DNA of 64,000 bases from NCBI GenBank assembly GCA_050010195.1, contig JBEKLM010000001.1:65045-129044 (forward strand), read 5' to 3'. How positions within the stretch are numbered: position 1 is the stretch's first letter; every line of letters starts with the position of its first letter. The notes under the pieces are model-generated. The model was not told the DNA's origin and searched no databases. It was given only the letters and a program-made list of their open reading frames with translations. A program made the translations under genes and the position numbers. Source of the stretch: Verrucomicrobiia bacterium (GTDB lineage: Bacteria; Verrucomicrobiota; Verrucomicrobiia; Palsa-1439). Of this stretch, positions 47,862 through 57,800 are shown piece after piece.

Positions 47862-47892
47862 ACTCACTGTGATAATCCCCGGGGAATCCCCG

Positions 47893-49614
47893 CTAGAACG
47901 GATTCAGCAATTGCGGCGGCACATCGGGGGCGCGGGCCGTCGGGCCGTTTGTCGGCGCCACGCTCTCGTCCTTCGTCAACAACTCCAGAAGCTCGGTCGG
48001 CGTGACGTATTCGACCCGGCGCAACTCGCTGTGCTCCCGGCCATCGGGACCAATGAAGACCAGCGTGGGGACGCCCCAGATACCAAAGTCCTTGCGCAAT
48101 TTCTCGACATCGGGCGAGCCTTCATGCGTCAGATCAGCTTTAAGCACCGTGAAATGTTTCGCTTCCTCCAGGACACGTTTGTCGTGGAACGTCGTGCGCT
48201 CCATCTTGCGGCATGGCCCGCACCATTCCGCCGAAAAATCAATAAACACCGGACGATGTTCGGCGGTCGCCCGTTGGACTTTCGCCGCGGCATACGGTTC
48301 AAACGTGACGCCGCCTTCCGTTGACGAGGCCAGGTCCAGCCACAACGGACTGGTGATCCACGCAGCCACAGCAATCAGCGCGACGCCGAACACCTTTTTC
48401 ACATTGACCATCCAGGTGCCGGATTTCGGCAGGCGCGTCAGCAACCCCGAAAATGTCCCGAGCACCACGTAGGGCAGGCCCAACCCCAGCGCGAGCGCGA
48501 AGAACAGCCACCATCCCAGCCACGGGTTGCCGATCTGGCCGACAAACGCCAGCAGCGCGACCACGAATGGCGCCAGACACGGCGCGGCAATCACGCCGAT
48601 CACCGCGCCAAAGAAGAACACGCCAATGTACCCGGCCTTGTTCGAAAGGCCCGTGGCCCGTTGCATGAGAAATTGCGGCGGTTGCAATTCGTACAATCCG
48701 AACATGCTCAGGGCCAGGGCGACGAGCAGCACGGCGATGCCGATGAGCAGGACGGGACTTTGCAGCGCCGAGCCGAACAACGAGCCCGTCAGCGCCGCGA
48801 TCAGTCCGAGCGTCGAGTACGTCAGCACGATTCCGAGGCAATAGATCAACGACGAGACAAAGGCCCGGCGCGCGTTTCGTTCGCCACCCTGGCCGCCAAA
48901 GTAACTGACCGTAATCGCGATCATCGGATACACGCACGGGGTCAGGTTGAGCGCCAACCCGCCGAGGAATACCACGAGGATCGTGACAAACCATCCGCGT
49001 TCGCGCACGAGTGTGGCGATCGAACTGTCCGCCCCGGCATTGCCGGCGGTGACCAACGGCGCCAATGGCGCGCTTGATGTTGCCGACCCGAAGATGTCGG
49101 CATGAACAGGCTGCGGCTTCTGCGATTCGGAAACGATCTCGGTATCCAGGGCGACAGGAATATTTTTCGGCGCGATGCAAACACTGTCGTTGCACGCCTG
49201 GTAGCGGAGCGAGCCTTCGAGTTTCACCGGCCCGGTCTTGGCGTCGGCGCTCACGTGTCCCTCGGCGAAAATGATCGTCCGGCCCGTGTACAACGCGACC
49301 GGCTCATCGTTCCACGCGACCTTCGTCGTCACGCCCTTGGGGTACACGATCCGATCGATGACAATGGACGCCGGCGGCTCGAGCGTGAGCGTGGTCGGGA
49401 TCAGGCCTTCGGCGTTGGCGGGATTGGCGTTGATGTGCCAGTGCTCGGCGACATCGATCACCACCGCGAGACGGAAGTGCGCATTCGGAGCGAGCTTGTC
49501 CACCGATAGGAAAGCATTGACCTTGAAGTCGGCCTGTTGCGCGTTGCCCACCAACGGCGCGAACCAGATGGCCAGTGTTGCCAGCGCAAGGATGGACAGT
49601 TGGAGCCGTTTCAT
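47893..49614 (-). CDS. dsbD: Thiol:disulfide interchange protein DsbD (N-terminal periplasmic domain, TM core, C-terminal thioredoxin domain)
   Basis: Signal peptide, conserved TM cysteines (…LTPCVYPMI…, …AAPCLAPF…), C-terminal FSAEWCGPCR thioredoxin motif. Confidence 0.85.
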   Translation of the reverse strand: MKRLQLSILALATLAIWFAPLVGNAQQADFKVNAFLSVDKLAPNAHFRLAVVIDVAEHWHINANPANAEGLIPTTLTLEPPASIVIDRIVYPKGVTTKVAWNDEPVALYTGRTIIFAEGHVSADAKTGPVKLEGSLRYQACNDSVCIAPKNIPVALDTEIVSESQKPQPVHADIFGSATSSAPLAPLVTAGNAGADSSIATLVRERGWFVTILVVFLGGLALNLTPCVYPMIAITVSYFGGQGGERNARRAFVSSLIYCLGIVLTYSTLGLIAALTGSLFGSALQSPVLLIGIAVLLVALALSMFGLYELQPPQFLMQRATGLSNKAGYIGVFFFGAVIGVIAAPCLAPFVVALLAFVGQIGNPWLGWWLFFALALGLGLPYVVLGTFSGLLTRLPKSGTWMVNVKKVFGVALIAVAAWITSPLWLDLASSTEGGVTFEPYAAAKVQRATAEHRPVFIDFSAEWCGPCRKMERTTFHDKRVLEEAKHFTVLKADLTHEGSPDVEKLRKDFGIWGVPTLVFIGPDGREHSELRRVEYVTPTELLELLTKDESVAPTNGPTARAPDVPPQLLNPF

Positions 49615-50150
49615 TGCTTCAAAATGGCTCTCACATCGGCGTCGAGAGCATTCGTCTCGGTGACGCCAACGAATCTGTCGATAATGTTCTGGTTCTTGTC
49701 GATGACGATTGTCACCGGAATCGATGTCAAACCGCCGAACGTTTGGACCACGTCGTAATCGGCCACGTGCAGCGCGTAGCGCAAGTGTTGTTGCTCCGCG
49801 TAGGTCTTGAGGGAGTCAGGCCCTGTCTGGTCGAGCGCCAGCGCAAGCACGGCGAGATTCGTCTCCCCGTACCGTCCAACCATGTCATTCAATATCCCCA
49901 TCTGGTTCCGGCTGGGCACGTCCGACGTCGTGAGAAAACAGACGATCAGCGCCTTGTTCTTGAAATCGGTGAGCTTGATGGTCTTGCCGTGCGGTTCCTT
50001 CATGACGAACGAGGGCGCAGGCTGGGCGACCCGGACGGTGTTCTGCCCAAACGCCCGGCCCAACAGCAGAATGACCGCGACCAAAACGATTCCGCCCGAG
50101 AACAATGGATTCAAGAGCCGTCTGCGCCATGCATGGGGTTGGATGTTCAT
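49611..50150 (-). CDS. TlpA/redoxin-like periplasmic thioredoxin-fold protein (single Cys)
   Basis: Start MNIQPHAWRRRLLNPLFSGGIVLVAVILLLG (TM anchor) at revcomp ATG 50148-50150. AhpC/TSA-redoxin fold region ALIVCFLTTSDVPS. Stop overlaps the dsbD start. Confidence 0.65.
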   Translation of the reverse strand: MNIQPHAWRRRLLNPLFSGGIVLVAVILLLGRAFGQNTVRVAQPAPSFVMKEPHGKTIKLTDFKNKALIVCFLTTSDVPSRNQMGILNDMVGRYGETNLAVLALALDQTGPDSLKTYAEQQHLRYALHVADYDVVQTFGGLTSIPVTIVIDKNQNIIDRFVGVTETNALDADVRAILKQ

Positions 50151-50267
50151 GGTTCGAATGACAGTATTAGTCCACTCTATGGCGCTACGCAAGTGCGGCC
50201 TGCCTTGGATTGCCCAGCCGACGGCGTCTTGACGCGCCACGAGTACCGGCGTAAGTTTTGAGCACCA

Positions 50268-50639
50268 ATGCGCGAGGCTTTGAGAATATTGACAACGCTC
50301 GTGGCGATTTTGCTCGCGGGCGGCCTGCCCATGCGCGGCGATTCCTCTGAACTTGCCACGGTGCCGTGTAGCCAGGCACCTTCACAGCCGATGAATTGCT
50401 GTCGGGGCGCCCATTGCCGTTGCGATTTGTCCGCGCCATGTCAGTCGGCGTCGAACCGGATGCCGGCCCGTGCCACGCCAACGCCCGGTCAGCGGGTCGC
50501 AAAAGTCACAGTCATATCAGCGGGCACCGCGCTGCTCGCGAGTGAGGTTGCGTGCCACCCCGCGTCAACCGCGAGAGCAACCGCTTCGACGCCCGCCGCC
50601 GCCTCGTCGTACCTCTGGACGCATGCGTTCCTGATCTGA
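50268..50639 (+). CDS. Small secreted Cys/His-rich protein, hypothetical (possible metal-binding)
   Basis: Signal peptide MREALRILTTLVAILLAGGLP; CSQAPSQPMNCCRGAHCRCDLSAPC cysteine cluster. Confidence 0.35.
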   Translation: MREALRILTTLVAILLAGGLPMRGDSSELATVPCSQAPSQPMNCCRGAHCRCDLSAPCQSASNRMPARATPTPGQRVAKVTVISAGTALLASEVACHPASTARATASTPAAASSYLWTHAFLI

Positions 50640-50688
50640 GACCGAGCGCCACGCCCGTGGTGTCTCTTGCGTCCGTCTCAGGTCAGTC

Positions 50689-51240
50689 ATGCAACTTCAC
50701 GAACAACCAGATTCCGAGGTCGTCCGCCAAATCCAGTCGGGCGCTGCCGCCGCATTTGACGAATTGATGCGCCGGTACAAACGTCCCGTGGTGAATTTCA
50801 TTTTCCGCATGTTGGGGAACACCCAGGATGCCGCCGACGTCGCGCAGGACGTGTTCGTGCGCGTCTACCAGAATCTGGATACTTACCGTCCCGAAACGGA
50901 ATTCTCCACCTGGCTGTTCGCGTTGGCGCGCCACGCTGCGATTGATCGGATCCGCTGGCGGTCGCGCCATCGAACGGAGTCAATCGAATCGGCGCCGGAG
51001 ATTGTGGCGTCCTCCGGCACGGCGGAGGAGGTGAACGCACGCGAAATCGGCGACCAGATTGCTAAGGCCATCGCCAAACTCCCTGAAGATCAAAGAACCG
51101 CCGTCGTCCTGTCTGAATATCACGGAATGTCGTATGCCGAGATTGCGGATGTGATGCGCTGTTCCGAGAAATCGGTGGAATCCCGCCTGTACCGCGCCAG
51201 GCAGACACTGAGAATGTCGCTCCAGCATCTGTTGGAATGA
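50689..51240 (+). CDS. ECF-subfamily RNA polymerase sigma-70 factor
   Basis: Region 2 (…FVRVYQNLDTYRPETEFSTWLFALARHAAIDRIR…) and region 4 HTH (…GMSYAEIADVMRCSEKSVESRLYRAR…). Confidence 0.9.
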   Translation: MQLHEQPDSEVVRQIQSGAAAAFDELMRRYKRPVVNFIFRMLGNTQDAADVAQDVFVRVYQNLDTYRPETEFSTWLFALARHAAIDRIRWRSRHRTESIESAPEIVASSGTAEEVNAREIGDQIAKAIAKLPEDQRTAVVLSEYHGMSYAEIADVMRCSEKSVESRLYRARQTLRMSLQHLLE

Positions 51241-51510
51241 CTTGTCACTGTAGGAGTTTAACCACCCTGACTGATTCACGGCAGCAGATTTCCGTATTCC
51301 CGTCCGCGCCGGTAATTCTTGACGGCACGGATTCTCCTGCAACCACGGGAGTTGCGGAATATTCACACAAGCGACGCGAGCTTGGCACGCGGGATGTTAA
51401 TAGTCTCACCAACCGCGCGCGATGGTGCGCGAACGCCAAAACGGTTCGGCGTTCGTCAACTCACCAACACCATCGCCAAAGGCCCTCCTTATCCCGTCGG
51501 AAGCTGAAAA

Positions 51511-51539
51511 CCCTCGTAGGAAACTACGAGGGTTTTTTT
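51511..51539 (+). terminator. Rho-independent terminator ccctcgtag-gaaa-ctacgaggg + T7 (A-tract upstream, potentially bidirectional)
   Basis: Perfect 9-bp stem 51511-51519/51524-51532, GAAA tetraloop, seven T 51533-51539. Lies 270 nt downstream of the sigma-factor stop and 24 nt upstream of the anti-sigma start. Confidence 0.7.
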
Positions 51540-51562
51540 CGCCCCCAGCGTATCACTCTGTG

Positions 51563-51898
51563 ATGAACCAGAATGACGACAGGCTAAGGGCATTGCTCAA
51601 ACAATGGCGCGACATCGAGCCGCCGGGGAATTTCGAGTCCAATGTGTGGCGGCGGATTCGAGTTGCCACCGACAAGCGTCCTGAACGTATGAGCCTGATG
51701 GAGGCAGTTGGGCGGTTGCTGTGGCAACCGGCATGGTCGGTCGCCATAGCGCTGTTCGCGGCAGCCATCGTCGGGGTCTGGGGCGGCGTCGCGTCCACGT
51801 CTCGGCCAGCGGACACTTCTCGGGCCGAGCTTCAATTCCTGGCACCAGGCACGCTGGCGGGTAGCTACCTGCAAGGTGCCGCGAAGGAGTCGCCATGA
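51563..51898 (+). CDS. Putative membrane-anchored anti-sigma factor
   Basis: MNQNDDRLRALLKQWRDIEPPGNFESNVWRRIRV (cytoplasmic ASD-like) then TM WSVAIALFAAAIVGVWGGV. Follows the ECF sigma; stop overlaps the next gene (ATGA). Confidence 0.5.
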   Translation: MNQNDDRLRALLKQWRDIEPPGNFESNVWRRIRVATDKRPERMSLMEAVGRLLWQPAWSVAIALFAAAIVGVWGGVASTSRPADTSRAELQFLAPGTLAGSYLQGAAKESP

Positions 51899-52362
51899 AA
51901 AAAACGGTGATCGCTCTGGCCGTCCTGACGCTTTTCGTCTCGTCGCTTTCTTACGGCGTGGCCAGTTGGTGTATTCATCGCTCCGTGAGCCGTGGGATGG
52001 CCGACCTGAACGACACTCCGTGGCTCAGGCGTGAATTGAACCTGACCGACGCCCAGAGCGCCGCGATTGACAAGTTGAACCAGGAATTTCGCGCGAAGGT
52101 CGACCACTGCTGCGACACACACTGCGACGCGCGCTTTGCGTTGGGCCGGGAACTGGCCAAACCGCAGTTCGACCTCACCCGGGCCAATGCCTGCGTGGAT
52201 CGCATGGCCGCCGCCCAGGTTGAGTCGGAGCGCGCCACGCTCGACCACATCCTTCGCGTGCGCGCGGTGTTGACGCCCGACCAGCAGCAACAATACGCGG
52301 CGCTCGTGAGCCAGCAGATCTGTGCCGCCGGCCCTCTCGGCATGCATCATCCCACGCCATGA
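51895..52362 (+). CDS. Periplasmic CpxP/Spy/ZraP-family protein with Cys/His cluster (metal-stress chaperone-like)
   Basis: Signal peptide MKKTVIALAVLTLFVSSLSYG. Two LTxxQ-like motifs (LNLTDAQSAAI, AVLTPDQQQQY). HCCDTHCD cluster. Confidence 0.6.
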   Translation: MKKTVIALAVLTLFVSSLSYGVASWCIHRSVSRGMADLNDTPWLRRELNLTDAQSAAIDKLNQEFRAKVDHCCDTHCDARFALGRELAKPQFDLTRANACVDRMAAAQVESERATLDHILRVRAVLTPDQQQQYAALVSQQICAAGPLGMHHPTP

Positions 52363-53618
52363 AGCCCATCCTGATCGCCTTCATCTCTGTGGTCGGGACA
52401 ATGGCCGCATCCGCGCAAACGAATGATTCGTTGGATGCGCTTATCGAGACCGCCCTCGCAAACAACCCCGAAATTGCCATGGCCCACAGGAAGTGGGACG
52501 CAGCGCTACAGAAGATTCCACAGGCGCGTGCGCTGGACGATCCAACGGTTGGCGTGGACGCTTGGCGCAAGAGCGAGGAGGCCGCGTCACCGAGCCAGAC
52601 CGGCCTGATGGTTTCCCAGAGCATACCGTGGTTCGGGAAACGCGACTTGCGCGGCGGCATCGAGACGGGCGCGGCGAAACAGGCGGAAATGGCGTGGCAG
52701 GTGAAAACACTGGAGGTCGTGGCGATGGTCAAGCGGTCCTACTACGATCTCTGGCAGGCACAGCGCGAGTTGGATATCAACCAGCGCAATCAAGAGTTGA
52801 TGCAGCAATTTGTCGAAGTGGCCCGCTCGCGCTATGAGACGGGCAAAGCCTCGCAATCCGACCTTATCCGCGCCCAAAATGAATTGGCCAGGCTCGCCGA
52901 GGATCGCACCGACCGCACGCGGACGTATCAGGTAGCGTTGGCAGAGTTGAACCGCCTTATGAAGCGTGTGCCCAATTCGCCTGTCGAGATCAGTCCCGAC
53001 GTGACCGCGCCGGTGTCGGAGCCCGTCGTGACCCTGGATCAACTGCAAGCGGCCGCCGCGTGTCGGCCCGAGTTGCAGGGACTACAGGAAGGCGCGGTGC
53101 GCAGCGCCGAGTCGGCGCTGGCGCTGGCGAAGAAGGGGTACGACCCCGATGTGCAGGTTCGGGTGGAGGCCTGGCAGTATGAGGGCAAAAGCGGCATCCA
53201 GGAGTATGACGCAGGCGTCTCGGTCAATTTCCCGTGGTTCAACGGCGGCAAGCACCAGGCGCGCATCAACGAGGCGCGCGCGAACCTCGACGCGAGCCGG
53301 GACGAGTTGGACGCCATGCGCGTGCAAACCGCGACCGAGGTACAGGAACTCTACGACGGCATGCACACGATGCACCACCATTACGAATTGTACGTGGGGA
53401 AGCTGATTCCACAGCAACAACTCGCTGTCGAGGCCGCGCGGTCGGCCTACGAGAGCGGCACTGGCGGGTTCCTCGATGTTCTGGATGCGCGGCGAATGTT
53501 GTTTGACCTGGAAATGGAAAACTTACACCACGCCGCTGAATTTCAACGGCTCATGGCGTTACTGGAACGAATGGTGGGAGGCCGGTTGCCGATGGCAATA
53601 ACAGAGGAAAAGAAATGA
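52359..53618 (+). CDS. Outer-membrane efflux protein (TolC/CusC/CzcC family)
   Basis: Signal peptide, two OEP repeats with ALANNPEI and coiled-coil periodicity, ~419 aa. Confidence 0.85.
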   Translation: MKPILIAFISVVGTMAASAQTNDSLDALIETALANNPEIAMAHRKWDAALQKIPQARALDDPTVGVDAWRKSEEAASPSQTGLMVSQSIPWFGKRDLRGGIETGAAKQAEMAWQVKTLEVVAMVKRSYYDLWQAQRELDINQRNQELMQQFVEVARSRYETGKASQSDLIRAQNELARLAEDRTDRTRTYQVALAELNRLMKRVPNSPVEISPDVTAPVSEPVVTLDQLQAAAACRPELQGLQEGAVRSAESALALAKKGYDPDVQVRVEAWQYEGKSGIQEYDAGVSVNFPWFNGGKHQARINEARANLDASRDELDAMRVQTATEVQELYDGMHTMHHHYELYVGKLIPQQQLAVEAARSAYESGTGGFLDVLDARRMLFDLEMENLHHAAEFQRLMALLERMVGGRLPMAITEEKK

Positions 53619-54835
53619 ACCGGAGCATTGGATGGATAACAATCTCGTTGGCGCTCGCCGTCGGCATGACAGCCGTGTCGTGCTCCCTCAAGGAACGCGG
53701 CACGTCCGGCGCGGCCACGTCGGCGCCGAAAAAGACGATGTATCACTCGACGATGAATCCCAACGAGGTCAGTGACCAGCCGGGCAAAGATTCAATGGGG
53801 ATGGACATGGTACCTTTTGAACCCGAAGAGTCGGCGGAGAAGACGCCCTCAGGGCTGGCAGCGGTATCGATCACGGCCGACGCGCGGCAACGGATGGGAT
53901 TAACAACGAGCATGGTGGAACAGCGCGCACTCGCGCGCGAGGTGCGTACGTCGGCTCGGATCACGGCAGACGAGACACAGTTGTACCGGGTGACCGTCAA
54001 AGTGGACGGCTGGGTGGACAAGCTTTTCACCGCCACGACCGGGCAATTCGTGAAACAAGGTGACCCGCTGCTTACGGTTTACAGCCCCGATCTGCTGACG
54101 TTGCAGAATGAATACCTCACAGCATTGCGATCCGGCTCATCGAACCTGGTCGTATCGGCGCGACGACGCTTGTCGCTCTGGGATATTTCTGACGAGCAAA
54201 TCGATCGGCTGGACAAAACCGGCGTTGCCGAAAAGATGATCACACTGTTCGCGCCGGCCGGCGGGTGGATTATCGAGCGCATGGTCTTGCCCGGCCAAAA
54301 GATCACGGCAGGCGAACCGTTGTTGGTCATCGCCGATTTGTCGACGGTCTGGGCCGACGCCGACATTTATCAGTCGGATCTTCTGTACGTGAAGGTCGGC
54401 ATGCCGGTCGAATTGACCTTGTCCTCCTGGCCGGACAAGAAGTTTACGGGGAAGGTGACGTTCGTCTCACCGACGTTGGATCCCGAGAGTCGCACCATGA
54501 AAGCGCGGCTGGAGATTCCCAATCCGGAATTACTGTTGAAGCCGGAAATGTTCGCCACGGCCACACTCTCGTACGAATTGGGCGAGGGACTGGCCATTCC
54601 CGAAACCGCGGTGATGCGCACGGGACAGCAGACGTACGCGTTTCGCGACGCGGGCGATGGACGGCTGGTGCCGACGCCGATCGTGGTGGGCGAACGCAGC
54701 GATGGTTACTACCAACTTCTCTCGGGATTGAGTGCCGGCGACAAGGTCGTCACATCCGCCAACTTCCTGGTGGACTCCGAGTCGTCGATGAAGGCCGCCT
54801 TGGAGTCGATGGCGGCCAGTTCGCGCCAACCGTGA
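53615..54835 (+). CDS. RND efflux periplasmic adaptor (CusB/CzcB, HlyD family)
   Basis: Lipobox-like N-terminus (…AVSCS), Met-rich N-terminal segment (KDSMGMDMVPFEPEE), beta-barrel/lipoyl/alpha-hairpin domains. Confidence 0.85.
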   Translation: MNRSIGWITISLALAVGMTAVSCSLKERGTSGAATSAPKKTMYHSTMNPNEVSDQPGKDSMGMDMVPFEPEESAEKTPSGLAAVSITADARQRMGLTTSMVEQRALAREVRTSARITADETQLYRVTVKVDGWVDKLFTATTGQFVKQGDPLLTVYSPDLLTLQNEYLTALRSGSSNLVVSARRRLSLWDISDEQIDRLDKTGVAEKMITLFAPAGGWIIERMVLPGQKITAGEPLLVIADLSTVWADADIYQSDLLYVKVGMPVELTLSSWPDKKFTGKVTFVSPTLDPESRTMKARLEIPNPELLLKPEMFATATLSYELGEGLAIPETAVMRTGQQTYAFRDAGDGRLVPTPIVVGERSDGYYQLLSGLSAGDKVVTSANFLVDSESSMKAALESMAASSRQP

Positions 54836-54848
54836 GCGACGAGCCGGT

Positions 54849-57800
54849 ATGATCAAGCGAATCATCGAATTCAGCGCGCGCAATCGTCTTCTCGTCGTCC
54901 TGCTCGTGGCTGCGGCGGTGGCGTATTCATTCTACACGATGAAGAATATCCGCTTGGATGCGATCCCTGACCTCAGCGACACGCAGGTGATCGTGTTTAC
55001 GAAATGGGACCGCAGCCCGGACATCGTGGAAGACCAGGTCACCTATCCGATCATCTCCGCCTTGCTCGGCGCACCGCGCGTGAAGGCCATCCGTGGCGCC
55101 AGCGATTTTGGGTTTTCGTATGTGTACGTGATTTTCGAGGATGGTACCGACCTCTACTGGGCGCGCAGTCGGGTCAATGAATACCTTTCGAAAATCACCG
55201 GCCAATTGCCAGCGGGTGTCAGACCGGAACTCGGTCCCGATGCGACGGGTGTGGGCTGGGTTTATCAATATGCGCTGGTGGACAAGTCCGGCAAACACAG
55301 CCTCGCCGATTTGCGGAGTTATCAGGATTGGGTGTTGCGGTACGCGTTGCAAAGCGTGCCCGGCGTGGCCGAAGTGGCAGGATTGGGCGGCTTTCAGAAA
55401 CAATATCAGGTGACGGTCGATCCGGTAAAACTGCAGGCGTACAGCGTTGGCGTCGTCGACATCATGGACGCCATCAAACGCAGTAACAACGAAGTCGGCG
55501 GTCGCCTGATTGAGTGGAACGGCAAGGAATTCATGGTGCGTGGGCGCGGCTACGTCAAGTCGACCGAAGATTTGGGCCTGATTGCCGTCAAGACAACCAA
55601 GGCCGGCACACCGGTGTTGTTACGCGACGTGGCCGATATCGCACTCGGGCCGCAGATTCGGCGCGGCGTTGCCGATCTAAACGGCGATGCCGATGTCGTC
55701 GGGGGCATTGTAATCATGCGGCACGGGGAGAATGCCCTCAACGTCATCGAGCGCGTCAAGGCGAAGCTGGCGGAGATAAAATCATCCATGCCAGAGGGCG
55801 TGGAGGTCGTTTCGACCTACGACCGTTCGGAGTTGATACGAAAGTCCATCGACAATTTGAAAGACGACCTGATCATGGAAATGATCATTGTCAGCTTTGT
55901 GATCCTGTTTTTTCTCTGGCACATCCCGTCGGCGATTGTGCCGATCATCACCATCCCCGTCTCCGTCGCGCTCGCGTTCATCCCGATGTATTTCATGGGG
56001 ATCACGTCGAACATCATGAGTCTCGCCGGGATTGCTATTTCCATTGGCGTCCTCGTCGACGGCGCGATTGTGGAGGTCGAGAACGCCTACAAAAAACTCG
56101 AACGGTGGAAGGAAGAAGGTGGGCAGGGCGACTTTCACAAGATTCGACTGGAAGCCCTGATGGAGGTCGGTCCATCGGTCTTTTTCTCGTTGCTGGTGAT
56201 TGCGGTGGCATTTCTACCCGTGTTCACTCTTGTCGACCAGGAAGGCCGACTCTTCAAACCGCTCGCGATCACGAAAACGTTGGCGATGGCGTTGGCGGCG
56301 CTATTGGCGATCACGCTTGATCCCGCCGTGCGCATGCTGTTCACGCGGATGGAGCCGTTCCAGTTGCGACCGCGTTGGCTCGCGAAGGTGATGGACGGCG
56401 TGTTTGTCGGCAAGTATTACCCCGAGGAGAAACATCCCGTCAGCCGCGTGTTGTTCTGGCTGTATGAGAAACCGTGCCGGCTCGTGTTACGGCATCCGAA
56501 GACAACCATCGCGCTGGCGGCGGTCATCGTGGCGACAACCGTCCCGGTGTATTTGCAACTGGGTCACGAATTCATGCCACCGCTGAATGAAGGCTCGATC
56601 CTCTACATGCCGACGACATTCCCCGGCATCTCCGTGACCGAGGCGGAACGGTTGATGGAAACACAGGATCGTATCCTGAAGCAGTTCCCCGAAGTCGTTT
56701 CGGTGCATGGCAAAGCGGGGCGGTCCGATACATCGACCGATCCTGCGCCGTTCTCGATGATGGAGACGGTCGTCCAACTCAAGCCGGTGTCCGAATGGCC
56801 GCCGAAGCAGCGGTTCTTTTCCTCGTGGCCGGGGCCGTTGCGCGCGATGCTGGGCCACATCTGGCCCGAACACATTTCGCAGGAGGAACTCATCAACGAA
56901 ATGGACCGCGCCGTGCAGATTCCCGGCAGCGTCAATGCCTGGACGATGCCGATCAAGAATCGCATCGACATGCTCGCCACGGGAATCCGCACACCGGTCG
57001 GGGTCAAGGTCTTCGGAGCCAATCTCGATGAAATCCAGCGCATCGGCGAGCGCGTCGAGGGTATTCTTCGCAACGTGCCGGGCACCCGCAGCATTTTCGC
57101 CGAACGCGCCGCGGGTGGTTATTTCGTGGACATCACGCCGAGACGCGAGGCGCTCGCGCGGTACGGCCTCACCATCGACGATGTTCAGAACGTCATCATG
57201 ACGGCCATCGGTGGCGAGACAATTTCTACCACCATCGAAGGCCGAGAGCGTTACTCGATCAATCTGCGCTACCCGCGCGATTTGCGCGAAAACATCGATC
57301 AACTGGAACGCGTGTTGGTCATGGCGCCGATGGGACGCCAGGTTCCGCTAAAAGAAGTGGCTGACATCTCACTGGTGAATGGGCCATCGATGATTCGCGA
57401 TGAGAATGGGATGCTCGCAGGCTATGTGTACGTGGACATCACGGGACGTGATGTCGGCGGTTACGTGGAAGATGCGAAACGCGCCGTAGCGGCGGAATTG
57501 AAGCTACCGACCGGTTACTCAATCATCTGGAGCGGACAATATGAGAACATGCTGCGCGTGCGCGAGCGCTTGAAGATCGTATTGCCGGTGACCATCGCGG
57601 TAATTTTCCTGTTGCTGTACGCCAACACGAAATCAAGCTTCAAGGCGCTGATCATCATGCTGGCGGTGCCATTTTCGCTGGTGGGAGCGGTGTGGCTGTT
57701 GTGGTTGTTGAACTACAACATTTCCATCGCCGTGTGGGTTGGAATGATTGCCTTAATGGGACTCGATGCGGAGACGGGCGTGTTCATGCTGTTGTTTCTC

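Noticed and set aside
50149-50160. GGTTCGAAT tRNA T-loop-like string
   Set aside because: No acceptor/anticodon cloverleaf can be built around it; the following bases (GACAG) do not match the T-stem consensus. It lies in a plain intergenic region. No tRNA called anywhere in the window.
51319-51507. 62-aa ORF ending exactly at the 51511 terminator
   Set aside because: No SD, Arg/Thr-rich unstructured product; position may be coincidental. Kept only as a note under the 51241-51562 finding.
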